Source of the DNA: Octopus bimaculoides | Lineage: Eukaryota | Assembly: GCF_001194135.2 (NCBI RefSeq) | Contig: NC_068984.1 | Span: 63,149,133 to 63,198,916 of the forward strand | Direction: 5' to 3' | DNA length: 49,784 bases | The notes under the pieces: model-generated | What the model was told of the DNA's origin: nothing | The model's database searches: none | The model's input: only the letters and a program-made list of their open reading frames with translations | Shown: piece after piece, positions 11,936-23,639 of the stretch | Layout: the number at the start of each line of letters is the position of its first letter | Numbering within the stretch: position 1 is the stretch's first letter | Translations under genes and position numbers: made by a program

Positions 11936-12600
11936 CCTTTGAGGTATGAAGAAATACAGTGAAATGTAACTGAAGTCAATTAGAACCAACGTCAACTTTT
12001 ATTTTATCGACATATAAGGTGAAATTTGTAGGTGGAAAGTTATGTTAATCTTATTTCTACAGCAAATCGCTGGTATATATCTTGCCAAACATATTCAACG
12101 AATGAAATGCAAAAATCAAAGCCAGGAAAATATGAAATTAACCAGAGAATGCAAAAGAAAATTACATAATATATTGAATATAGCAATCTAGTATTTCCCC
12201 CCAGTCATATCTAACTCGTATTTGTAGTAACTTCAGCAGAAGCTTTCAGCTCAATAATCAGTTTTTGATCTGTCTGAAAGATGTTTTCTTTTTTTTTTCC
12301 CCTACTTCTTTATGACTATTTTTATTTTTTGGAGCAAATCGATTGAAAGTCAATCAACATTTTATCAGACTAGTCTTTATAATTCATTTAAAAATCTTCT
12401 TTATAAGAGATATCGATATAGAATGTGATTCAGATGTCATATTATTTTAAGATAACACAAAATGACTTGATTATTGATTAAAATCAGCTTTTTCTCTAAA
12501 GTTATGGAAATACGGTAATGTAAATATGGCTAGCTCATTAGTGTTTCAAATCATCAACCTTTTAAAACCATCAAGTTTTTATTAAATTTTGTATATATTC

Positions 12601-12770
12601 AGGGACCTCGCTGTGAGGTTAAAGATTTCACTTCACAAACATATGTTTCCAAGTTTTATTGCTCTGCTCATCAGTCACTTTGGGGAAGTGTCTTCTTATA
12701 AATTGGCCTCAGGTTGATTACTGTATAATGAGTGAAAGTTGATAGGCAAAATCTTTGCAGAAAACTGCCA
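12601..12770 (+). mobile_element. Decayed SINE, family A
   Basis: gctgtgaggttaaagatttcacttcacaaac...cactttggggaagtgtcttcttata. Confidence 0.55.
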
Positions 12771-12828
12771 CATATATACACACACAGAGACTCACAGAGA
12801 GACACAGACACACACACAAGTACATGTT

Positions 12829-12881
<53 letters not shown>

Positions 12882-12986
12882 TATATACCTGATTTTAATT
12901 AGGGTAAATAGAAATCTAATCAATGTTTCAGTGAAGAAATGCTATTTGAATCATATTAAATACAAAGTTGTGCAATTCAGGCAATG

Positions 12987-13120
12987 TATATTGCTGGCAG
13001 TCAGATTTGGCTGTATGCAGCTACTGGATGTCTGCTACTGAGGTGATGGGGCATATTGAAATCACATGAACTGGCAGTGTCAGCCCCTGTAGCAGTCAAT
13101 TCTCACCTGCCAGCAATATA
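12987..13120. mobile_element. 134-bp MITE-like element with TA-bounded terminal inverted repeats
   Basis: TATATTGCTGGCAG (12987-13000) is the exact reverse complement of CTGCCAGCAATATA (13107-13120). Imperfect pairing extends ~15 nt further in. No coding capacity. Confidence 0.7.
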
Positions 13121-13404
13121 AATATATGTATGAGAGGACCTCTCAAGGTAAATAATGCAGAATTCAGTGCTCTAACAATATACCCAAATTAAGTCAGATT
13201 GCCTTTTGTTAATAATGTTGCTTCTGTCACTAATAATTACACACACAGGCACACACACACACATGTGGGTGTGGGTGCGGAGGTATGTATTCATGTATAA
13301 TTTCTTCTGGTCATTTAATGCCCATTTTCCCATGCTTGTGTGAGTTGGATGGGGACTTATTTTCAGCAGATTTTTATGGTTGGATTATTTTCCTATTGTT
13401 AGTC

Positions 13405-13816
13405 TTTATGTGCAGTGTGCACTCATTGGATTTTTGTTTACACCAAAAGCATTGAGCAGAGATGTCACATGGAATTTTCCAAAAAACATTGGTGATATTC
13501 AAGCTCAAACCACCCAGAAGGTACAGTGGGCAATGATGCCATGAACAAATGTCAGATCATGGAGTGTTACAACTGCTTTAGATATGGTTACACAACTGTG
13601 GTGAGTGAGGCATTCTCAAGCAGGCCATCCACAAACCAAAATGAGGAGCTGACTGAGTAAGTTTGGTGAATAGTCATGGAAGACCATTGTGTAACAATAC
13701 AAGAAATTGCTCATGAAATGGGAATGAATAGAGGATCAATGCATTCCATTTTATTGGATGATTTGCACATGCAGAGAGTGCCGGTGAAATTCGTCCACAA
13801 GATGCTGATGGACCAC
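13405..13816 (+). mobile_element. Mariner transposase 5' relic (HTH region, irritans-like)
   Basis: Frameshifted translation EQR..KNIGDIQAQT..GNDAMNK..SSRPST..EDHCVTIQEIAHEMGMNRGSMHSILLDDLHMQRVPVKFVHKML matches the mariner DRR.TIREIA..LGM..V.AKFVPK.L (WVPHEL-equivalent) region. Truncated at an (AT)n tract. Confidence 0.85.
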
Positions 13817-14164
13817 TTATATATATATATATATACACACAAATACATACACACATATGTATGTGTGTGACATTTGCTATGTATTTTAATGACTACCGTT
13901 GTTTAAGTTAGAAGACTGATTCATCTTGGTGTAGCTGTGTTTGGTTATGCATTAAGTGGTCTAGTCTGTGTACCTGGAGGTACCGTAGATAAACTAATGT
14001 GGGATTGATTCTAGCTATGTCAAAGCAATTGAGGTGATTAATAATTAAAATTCTCATATATTCCATCTTCAGTTTTTCGTTTACCATATACGTAACAAAC
14101 ACTGTGAAAGTGACCGTGCTTTACCAGTAAGCTACCCCGTGTAAACCATTCATTTTATTATCTA

Positions 14165-14605
14165 ACATATATATACGTGTGTAACAGCAGGATTTGGCTC
14201 CTTGCCATACCTCTAGAAAGAATAAACAAAAATGGTTGTTGCAGAATTTCTATAACTTCACCAGCCCAATTTCTCTCCTCGCATTTTTTCCTGATTGTAA
14301 TCTCATGGATTACTATGTGTAGGGCATCGTTGAGAAAGATTCCAACTACTCTGCTTGCAACTCCAAGACTGAGCTGGTAGCCAAGATTGAGAAGGTGTTT
14401 GAAAATCTTCCCAGACTCAGTGAAGAATGCATATACCAAGTTCCAGAGCCATCTTGAGGCCATGGTGGAAGCTGAGAGCAGTTGTTTTGGGTAAAGTGTT
14501 ATTTCCCAAACATAATCTAGTTATTAATGTTTTGATTTTTTTTAAATAATTTTTTTGGATGGGATATTGTACTTTCTTTTCCTTTTCTGCAAACTGTCAA
14601 GTTTA
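14165..14605 (+). mobile_element. maT/DD37D-like (Tc1-mariner superfamily) transposase 3' relic
   Basis: From 14185: QQDLAPCHTSRKNKQKWLLQNF...PDCNLMDYYV*GIVEK...KIEKVFENLPR, then LEAMVEAE. Second-to-third catalytic D spacing is 38 here, close to the 37 of maT elements. Confidence 0.8.
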
Positions 14606-14874
14606 ACCCAGACACCTTGCATATTTAAAAATAATGCTAAATATTCCAGATTTACTTAATATCATCAGCCACAACCTAATTGCAATTGATGTTATAAAGG
14701 AGAACTATAATATACTTTTTGACTAAAATTATAGTTGGAGTCAACTTTGTTATCATTATAGTTGTTTAATCTCAAAGCAGCTACTATCACACAGACCAAT
14801 AACTGAAGGTGTTCAAATGTATGATTATTCCACCTTTATCCAAGGTAACATTATTTTAATTTAAGAAGACAGTG

Positions 14875-15082
14875 ACCAGGCAGAAATGTTAGCACGCTGG
14901 GCGAAATGCTTAGCGATATTTCATCTGTCTTTACATTCTGAGTTCAAATTCCTCTGAGGTTGACTTTGCCTTTCATCCTTTTAGGGTCAATAAATTAAGT
15001 ACCAGTTGTGCACTGGGGTCAGTCTAATCGACTGGCCCCTCCCCTAAAATTTTTGGCCTTGTGCCTAGAGTAGAAAAGATTA
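14875..15082 (+). mobile_element. Well-preserved tRNA-derived SINE, family B
   Basis: A-box-like ggcagaaatgttagc, B-box-like gagttcaaattcc (14940-14952), body gactttgcctttcatcc...taaattaagtaccagttgtgcactgggg, and 3' end ggccttgtgcctagagtagaaaag. Confidence 0.85.
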
Positions 15083-16977
15083 CTTTTCTTTAAGATGGTA
15101 GAATGGCATCTGAGGGAGATTTGGTTTCTACTTTTAACATGTCAAGTAACTGTGCTATGGTTTATTTCTTCAGTGCAACTATTATCTATATAGTGTTGAC
15201 GGTAATATATTTTAATGAGTTATTTTATTATTTATCACCAATTCGGCTTAGGTATTCCATTCACAAGTAACACATCTTTTTTTCCTTTACTTATATTATA
15301 GCCTGAATGATATTATCATTTTAGTAGAATTTTGTGAGTAAGGGGCATCTTCCAGAGAGCCAATTTTGCAATCTATTTTTCAATTATTTTAAGTGCTAAT
15401 TACCTTGGAAAATGGCCAGACATCACACAATATCCGTATTTATCTTGGAAATAAATTTGTAGCATTCTAAGTAAGAATTCTATAATTTCCCAATGTTTTT
15501 ACTGTGGAAAAGGTGGCTTCAGAGTATTATGCTGAAATTACTAGAGGTTTGATGGTTCCTTGTCTTGCATTTGGATTGCTTCACAGATGACTCAGATGAT
15601 ACAAATAACTTACTTTCTACCCAAAATAAATGTTTCTGAACTTGCTTACAGTTATTGAACTTGGTATAAGCTGCATGTGTGTGGGTTTCATGCATGCTTG
15701 CATACAAAAGTGTGAGTATGTGTGTGTGTGAAAGAACCCAACACAGAATTTCAGAAAATTGTTTTCCTTGATAATTATCCATTAACAGCTAAGATAGATT
15801 AAAGTAACGAGACAATATTGGTTTGTATTTCAAGTGTTATGACTAGATGACTAATATTTATTTATTTGTTTACTTTTTTATTTATTTATTTATTGCTTGC
15901 TAAGTTTATTTCTTTATGTACCTGGGGAAAAAATATTATTATACCGGTAGAAAATTTATTCAATTATGAAAAAAAAAAATTTTTTTCTCAATTTTCTTTG
16001 AAGCATTGCATTCGTGTTTTGTGATATTGAAACTCCATAAAAAGATGACAGCATCAAAGTAAAGTTCTTTTTTAAAAAATAAATGAAAAAGGATTCCAAT
16101 TTGAATAATGCTTTTCCTAAAATTTTTCAAAAACTGAATTGTTTTGAAAGCAGAGTATTAGAAAATGTGATATAAGCCTATATAAAAGAAAAACTGCAAT
16201 ACTTTATTACTTAAAAACAAAGGCTATGCTAAGCAAGCAGCAGTAATATTAGGTATTAGGTATATTAATATGACTGTTTTTATAATCCATAAATATATTT
16301 TGATGTTCATCATACATGTTTCTGTTATTATTGCTTAGCTTCTACTCAAACAGGATTGAAGAACAAAGTCTATAAAGTAATTGCAACCAGAACTATCAAA
16401 TCTTTTATTCAAAGCATAGCCAGCATATTCTTCATTTTGTCTGAAACTAGATTGTGTCTTCACAACAATCTGGTTCCTATTTCTAGCAAGCTAAGTAACC
16501 ATTCCATGTTCTTGTCACCAACATTTGTTGTCTCAGTAAAGGTGAATCTTGGTCTACAATCAAAGAAATTTCAGCTATAATCCTGTCATTTCATTGTGAA
16601 TCCATGTATATAAAGGACAACATTAGCTAATCCATTTTATTCTCTTAATTAAGATGATACAAAATGATTTAAGGGATATGTGACAGTGAGGATATTAAAC
16701 TATAAGAGGAAGAAACAAACTGTGAAATAAGTAGAAATGTGTAAGACAATATGGAATGAATTTCAATCTTTCAGTGATCTACTCAAAAGGTTTAAGTCCT
16801 TTTGTTTGTGAGACACAGTTCTCAAAAGAATGTGTTCATACATCTCATTTGGTTTGGTGTCCAGTTGCAGAAACTATATATCTATGCGTGTGTGTTCATG
16901 TGTGTGTATATGTGTGTACGTGTTTTATGTCCAGTTATTATCAAAACAATTCTACATTAACCTAGTGGGTATAGTTT

Positions 16978-18523
16978 TATTATTCTTAAACAAGACTATT
17001 ATTGACACTGACTTTGAAGTTCAGTCGCATAAGCCATCGTCCAACTGCAAAGCATTGAAGTTAATGTTGACATCATATAATCTCTGTTGAGTTAAACGCT
17101 TCCTCGGGTGTGTGAGTTAGAGTGGAGTGGTAATTAGGTTTTAGGGTGGGTTGTTATGGAGAGGTGTTTTGGAGAAATGTTTTATTGATTAAATTTAAGG
17201 TTATGTTGTTATTTAGAATTTATTCATGTATGTATAACTTTGTAAGTACGTATGCAAATTCAGATTTGTCCCTTTTGGTAGGTAATTATAGGATATATTA
17301 GTAATTTTAATTATTTTCGGTTTTGTTGGATTTAATCCTTTGCTTTGACAACAGAGAGGTCAAAGGGACAAAGTCTTGTATTTAAAACTTTAGTAACTGG
17401 GTCCTTCAACATTTTGTAATGGAAATTTTTAGGGTTTCACAAACAAATGTAAGTGGTTGGTATGTTTTAGCTGGTTAATTTCTTTACTTGTTGTTGTTAT
17501 TTAGAATATTTCCTCTTTTTATTTGAAAGGTGTGTTATTGGTCAGACATGTCATGGTGTTGTTAGGATAGAAAATTTTTTATCTTGTGCTTTGAGGTTCA
17601 CAAGAGCATATGGGTGGGTATAAAGATTGTTGGTGTGTATGTTTCTCTCAAGATGTTCATTCTTCTATAAGCAATTTAATTAGTATGCAGAAATTTTAAC
17701 ACTTCTGTTTTATGGAGGTAGAGTTTGTGGGTTATATGTTTATAAATATTTCTTCAATTCTGTTTGAAATGTGGCTCTTTTATAATATACTATTTTAGGC
17801 CTGTGGATATAAATGAAGGTGGGGCGTTTTAAAAGGTATGTACATATTCATGGATAAAAATGGGAATAAAAATAAAATATAATCATAAAAGATTTTAAAA
17901 TCAAAAGTTTAAAAGTTTTTTATTAAAAAAAAAAGAAAGGAGAAAAGAAAAAAGAGAAAGTTATAAAAAAGTTTAAAAAGAAAAGGGTCTTTCCACTTGC
18001 TTGCATAAGAATATATAGTTTTATGTATGTGTATGTAGCTTTGTGTACTTATAGTAGAAAATGTTTTGTGGGGATTTTGGTTAAAAATAGGGAAGCATGT
18101 AGATAATTTGTACAGTACTTGTTTAGTGTAAAGTGGAAAGAAGTGTTTTTTGTATGTATATAATGGGGATAGTTTAGGGTGTAGGTGGAGGGAGAGGAGT
18201 TGGTGAGAAAGTAACATCCATCAGAAAAAATATTGTTGGTTTGAAATATTTTAGTGTTTAAAGAATTTGTGCTTACATCAAGAGACTAGTTCAGCATTGT
18301 GGTTCAGAATTTGGTCCATTAATGTTAGAATGTGGTAGGATTCATTAGTACAAAGTTAAAAGGGTTCGCTGTTACCTTTCATATGGCTGAACTTTTGAGA
18401 GCAGTTTCCAATCGATGCTAAAGGGAGTATTTTTTTATTTTAATGTTTTCGTAGGCTTAACAATAGCTTATCTGGCCAAAACTTCATATTCACTGTCAAT
18501 AATATTCTTGTTTAAGAATAATA
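16978..18523 (-). mobile_element. Penelope-like retroelement relic with inverted ~80-bp termini
   Basis: Minus strand 18419-18251: SIDWKLLSKVQPY / LCTNESYHILTL..ILN / ELVS*CKHK, the C-terminus of PLE GIY-YIG proteins (W.IL...PY...C.LC..EK..I..LNKRSE.SKCRH). Weak TLKDHK-type RT similarity near 17600-17540. 16978-17060 is an inverted copy of 18440-18523. Confidence 0.75.
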
Positions 18524-18529
18524 TATACT

Positions 18530-18850
18530 CATCCATCCATCCATCTTCTGCACCCACCATTTCTGGGAGGGTTGTGGGCTTAGAATTTTCAAGTACCTCC
18601 TTCATTGGAACATATCAGAAGCAATCATCATTAAATTTTCTGGCTGGATTCCCAAGCATAACCCACTTAGGGTATGGATATTATCCAGCCATCTCATTCT
18701 TGGTCTACTCTTAGGCTGGCTCATCTTGAAAAATCTGTCTTGTGTTTCTTTCCTGTTTCCTACACATTCTAATCTTATGTTTGTTGTACTGGGGCAGTGA
18801 TCTCACAACGTGGAATAGTGGTTCCACCTGGAGAGACAACCTAATCAGCA
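18530..18850 (-). mobile_element. RTE (Expander/Rex3-like) LINE 3' end with (GGAT)n tail
   Basis: Minus translation PKSRPRMRWLDNIHTLSGLCLGIQPENLMMIAS..LKILSPQP, then a (GATG)n tail at 18530-18545. Matches RGRPR.RW.D.I.......LGI.PE.L of Expander-type RTEs. Confidence 0.75.
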
Positions 18851-19517
18851 AGCTATACATGTATGCACAACACACAAGTAAACACACATATACATGCAAA
18901 CACACACAAACATACAGATATGGAGAATTTCCTTCAACATTAAAAAATCCATCTGTGTGTTGCTGAACACTTATGAAATTTAGATTTGACTTTAGCAAGA
19001 CATGCTTACAAAGAACACCCATCTGCCACCACCACTTCCCTGACTTAGACTCATACACAATGAAAATATCTTCAGCTTGACAAGAGTAATGTATTGGGGT
19101 TGTAAAGTCCAGTCTGCTCTGATAGAGAGAAAATTTGTGATAAAAGACTTTCCACTCATGACCATACCATGTCATTCATCCAATGAGTTTATGTATGTTC
19201 TTCTTTTCCTAAACAGTAGAGCATAATTTGAAAATTATTTAGCTGCTATCTGTAGCACACGTAGCAAGTACATAGATATTCAATATCGATGAAAAAGTCT
19301 TTTGTAGAATAGAAACTGAAAAATGAAATGTTAAAATGTCCATTGACGGTGTGAATAAATTACACAGAATAGTTTTGTGATTCTAAGTAACTGCAAATAT
19401 GATCAATAGGAGATGATGATATTTTGGCTGTTTAGCCTAAGGTTTGAGCTGATGAAGTAGGCCTATGATAAAAATTATTGCAACTCTGATCGTGTCAATT
19501 TATTTACTGATATAGTA

Positions 19518-19745
19518 TCATCATCGTCATCGTTTAACGTCCATCTTCCATGCATGTATGTATAGCATGGTTCACAGGAGCTGGCCAAGAGCTGGATGCA
19601 CTTCCTACACCAACCACTCTGCAGAGTGGACTCAGTGCCTTTTACGTGGCACTAGCACAGGCAAGGTTAGATTTGGCATGATTTTTACAACTGGATTCAC
19701 TTCCAAATGCCAACCACCTTACAGTATGGACTGGGTGCTTAAAGT
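19518..19745 (-). mobile_element. Family C copy
   Basis: catcatcgtcatcgtttaacgtccatcttccatgc...caaccactctgcagagtggactcagtgccttttacgtggcac. Confidence 0.7.
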
Positions 19746-19779
19746 AGTTGGGTATAGGCAAAGGTATAGCTTATAAGGT

Positions 19780-19940
19780 CTGACATGGTTACGTAGTTAG
19801 AAGCTCGCTTCCCAATTACATGGTTTCATGCTAAGTTGAACTGCATGACACTTTGGGCAAGTGTCTTCTTTTGTAGTTTTAGGTGAACTAAAGCCTTGTG
19901 GGTGAATTTGGGAGATAGAAACTGAAAGAAATCCTTTGTA
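19780..19940 (+). mobile_element. tRNA-derived SINE, family A
   Basis: gtagttagaagctcgcttccc...ctttgggcaagtgtcttct...aaagccttgtgggtgaatttgggagatagaaactgaaagaa. Confidence 0.75.
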
Positions 19941-20050
19941 TATCATCATCATCATCATCATCGTTTAACGTCCACTTTCCATGCTAGCATGGGTTGGACG
20001 ATTTGACTGAGGACTGGTGAAACCGGATGGCAACACCAGGCTCCAATCTA
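19941..20050 (-). mobile_element. Family C 3' end inserted at the tail of a family A SINE
   Basis: (CAT)n-cgtttaacgtccactttccatgctagcatgggttggacgatttgactgaggactggtgaaaccggatgg; nearly identical to 10853-10960. Confidence 0.8.
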
Positions 20051-20089
20051 ATATATATGTGCATGTGTATAAATCTGTAAGTAGATGTC

Positions 20090-20306
20090 TATGTGTTTAT
20101 GTTTGTCCCCACCCTCACCACCACCACCACTTGACAGCTGGTGTTGGTTTCTTTGAAAACCCATAACTTAGCCTTTGAACTAAAAATACAGCTAGAATTA
20201 GTACTAGTCTTTAAAAAATGAGTAATGGAGTAGTTTCATTCAACTAAAATCCTTCAAGGTGTTGCCCAAGCATGGCTGCAGTTCAACAACTGAAACAAGT
20301 AAGTGG
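20090..20306 (-). mobile_element. SINE-type repeat, family D
   Basis: ccaccaccacttgacagctggtgttgg...tccttcaaggtgttgcccaagcatggctgcagttcaacaactgaaacaagtaag. Confidence 0.7.
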
Positions 20307-23077
20307 TATGCAGTATGACTTGAATAAGACAATGACACTTATTTCTAGTGGAACTCTTCCTATTTTCAATCAGCAAATAAGCAAATTTTCTCATTTCTTA
20401 GCTTGGAGTAAAGTGTGAGAAGGAGAAAACAAATTGAATAACAGTAAGAATTAGTAATGGAGTGAAAATTGGCAACAACTTATTTTAGCAAGTGTAAATT
20501 TCCAATATCAATAATCAATCGTTAAGGAGTCATAATGGAAGCTACACATATGAACAAGGTTACAAATATAATATTAAAATTCAAACAATTCAGTAAACCA
20601 AGAAATAACCTTTGACCTGTGTGGTTATTGATTTATAAATATGTAAAATCAAGCCAAATTTTAAAAGTCTGGACAAAGGCAAGCATTAACATTTATTGCT
20701 ATTATGTGATAATTTAATGTCATGACATCATATTAATGAGATTATCAAGTCAAAGTCAAACACAAGATGCAAACCATCTAATTATTTGTGACATAAGTGA
20801 TGATTAAAAAAAAATAGTAATGATATATTACATTGGCTAAAGACCACAAATTTAGGGAAAGAGCCTAGTCAATTGAATGTGCTCTAGCACTCTTCATTGG
20901 TACATATGTTATAATTCTTGATTGGCTGAATTTCGAAGTCAATCCTAGGAATATTTGAACCTCCAAATATAAAACTAGGCATTTAATCTGGTACTGTACC
21001 AATAGTGTCATCCAGTACTCTCTCTGCAATTAACTAATTAATAGTAATTATCATTTCTGACATTTGTGGAAGTCCATAAGTCTTGGAGAAGAATGTTGTT
21101 ATTATTATCAACTTAAGGAAGGATGAAAAACAATGTTGTCATTGCTGGAATCTGTACTAAAGTGCTAAAGGGATATAAGAAAATACAATGAAGTCATTTG
21201 TTTGAAATTGTACTGCTCATTCTCGTGCCCCTGAAATGGATCATGGGTGCTATGATTCCTCCTCTGACTAAGAAAACAACTAAAAATACATTCTCCCAAG
21301 ATAAAACCTATTTGACAAGAACAAATAACAATGATGGGTTATAAAAATGTATATACTTGACATTTTCTTTCCTCCTACCTCTCTCACATAGTTTCTCTCC
21401 CCTACTACTTCTTGTTTATGTATGAAGCTCCCATGGCTCTGTATTCCTTATGAGTTGCAGTCAGTTTTTAACTTACAAGGTAAAAATTCTGCTGTTTCAT
21501 TAATTTGTCTCCTTTCAACATTTTCCTGTGGATCTTTCACCTTCCATGGCAAATTCACTGTACTCTGATATTGGTTTTACTAAATGATACAAGGCTTACT
21601 GACGCAGTTCAACACCAGTGTCTTTAGAGTCTGTTTGCTCATACATACTTAATATATATGATATCACTTTACATGTTATCTTTGTTTCCATTACCTAGCT
21701 GTTTGTTATCTGTGTTTAGACCAATCAGCTCTGAGCTATGATCAAAAATGTTCCAGCCATAAACATCTTGCTTTTTCTTAGCCATAGTTCATGAATGACT
21801 ATTCACTACAAATCATCCTTTTACCCTTGCTATTTTCTTTTTTCTTTTTTTGTTTTCATTTTCCATTTGAGATTGAAGTATGTGGTCTGTAGGATATTTA
21901 GCAGCTGTTTGTAGCAGATCAAATCAGTGACAATCTAGTAGTCATCTCAGTGGCTCATTATCGAACAGGAAGTGCTTATTATTGTACTTTAAGAGGTAAA
22001 CGTCTGGAAAGATGAGTCCTTAAAATGGTTACTAATATGGCTCATAGTTGAAAAACAGTTCCATTTACTCCCTTGACTACTGCTTTTAGAGGACGAAACA
22101 AACATCACATTATGTGATCTTTTTTGAATAAAGAAGTCAATGTATCTAGTAAAATTTTCCATTGTCAGCTGCATTTCTGATCTGGATTTAATTCCTGGTT
22201 TATTTTATTTACTTCATTCACAGTATTCATTTTTACTACATATGTATAAATGTCAGTTCTGTCTGTCTGTCTGTCTGTCTGTATGTATGTGTGTGTGTGT
22301 ACACACACACACACACACACACACATGACTTGTGCAGCTGAAGAAACTAATATATTATCTCAGAACTATTCTTGGTTTCCTTTTATCAATTTATTTTTTC
22401 TATTTATATAAAAATATTTAGCACAGGATTAATACATTTCTGAAAATTCGTTTATTACAAAATTACTGAATTAATATATTCAAAATGGCTTTTATTTTAT
22501 TGAATTTTGTTACTACCAAACAGAAATGAAAGGAAGAAAAAATAGTTAATAAAATTAAGAAAATTCATTAAAGAACAAATTATTGTTATGTTGCAATTTG
22601 TCACCAAAATTAGGGTGGTTTCATACATTATAACCATTTTGAAATTATATTTTCGATTTGGCTTTCAAGAAAACAAATATCAGTTAAAGTCTATATCTAA
22701 AGTAATGTTTTTTTGTTAGTATAATCTATATTTATTTTATGCAACATTGGAATTTGTTAAATTGATTATCAAAATGTAAAAATAAATTGTATAACATTAA
22801 TTTCTTTGTTCACAAAGGAAATAAAATTAAGCTTGCATTTATTAAATTATTTTGCTATTTTATGGCATAATTAAAAATCTTCTGTAGTAAGTATTAAAAG
22901 TTATTTTGTATTGAAGTAAAAGACTGTGATCATACCACAAATTGTTATATGTCAGAAAAATATTATCTCTTTATTAGTTGAGCTCAGTCAACATTATAAA
23001 GGCATCTAATATGAATACATATAATTACTCTGTAAGGATTACAATTAGCCATAAGCCACCCCTTCAAAAGTTGATGT

Positions 23078-23240
23078 TCAGGCTTGCAGAATTATTAAAG
23101 GATCAGAAAAAGTGAATTGCAGTTTTGCTTCTGGCTTTTTATATTCTACATTCAAATCCTAGGAAGTCAACTTTGCCTTTCATCCTTCTGAGTTTCAGGA
23201 AATAAAGAACTAGTTAAAATTGTATTGAACTGCCATTGCA
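23078..23240 (+). mobile_element. Decayed SINE, family B
   Basis: ggcttgcagaattatt...cattcaaatcctaggaagtcaactttgccttcatccttctgag. Confidence 0.6.
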
Positions 23241-23367
23241 TCGTCAAATTTACATCAATAAATTGATCACAGTCACTGAACTGGAATGTATCTAGAACTT
23301 TGAGGCTGTGATGTTGGACCAAAACGTGGCAGGTGACCTTTGTTGATACAGCTCAGATTGGAACAAG

Positions 23368-23597
23368 GATATAATAATGATAATCTCTTCTACTATAGGC
23401 ACAAGATCTGAAATTGTGCTGGAGGGTGCCAGTCAATTGCATCGACCCAAGGCTGTAACTGGTACTTACTTCACCGACCCTAAAAGGATCAAAGGCAAAA
23501 TTGACCTTGGCAGAATTTGAACTCAGAATGTAGCGACAGGCAAAATACCACAAGGCATGTCATCCAGCGGTGCTAATGATTCTGCCAGCTTGCCACT
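23368..23597 (-). mobile_element. SINE, family B
   Basis: tctactataggcacaag...ctggtacttacttcaccgaccctaaaaggatcaaaggcaaaattgacc...gaatttgaactcagaatg...gctaatgattctgccagcttgcc. Confidence 0.8.
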
Positions 23598-23639
23598 TTT
23601 GATTATAATTATTTCTTTATTAACCACAAAGGGTTTACA

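Noticed and set aside
14875-14960. tRNA genes at SINE heads
   Set aside because: Only A/B-box-like motifs are present. There is no complete cloverleaf, and the sequence continues into the shared SINE body.
17100-18240. Mitochondrial insertion (NUMT), suggested by the strong G/T strand skew
   Set aside because: No mitochondrial gene, rRNA or tRNA motif was recognisable, and the flanks and weak internal motifs are Penelope-like.
18278-18280. In-frame TGA in the PLE endonuclease as selenocysteine recoding
   Set aside because: It sits at a basic-residue position next to an intact Cys, is simply explained by CGA to TGA decay, and lies in a relic with other stops and frameshifts.
18860-19190. 154-aa ORF 18711-19175 as a gene
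   Set aside because: It is a read-through of a CA/TG tract joining an RTE tail to unassignable decayed sequence.
21392-21479. Further candidate exons (also 4310-4361, 5975-6022, 21913-21993 and a minus frame near 16470-16330)
   Set aside because: They are short open segments with AG/GT ends of a kind expected by chance. Some overlap repeats, and none has recognisable homology.
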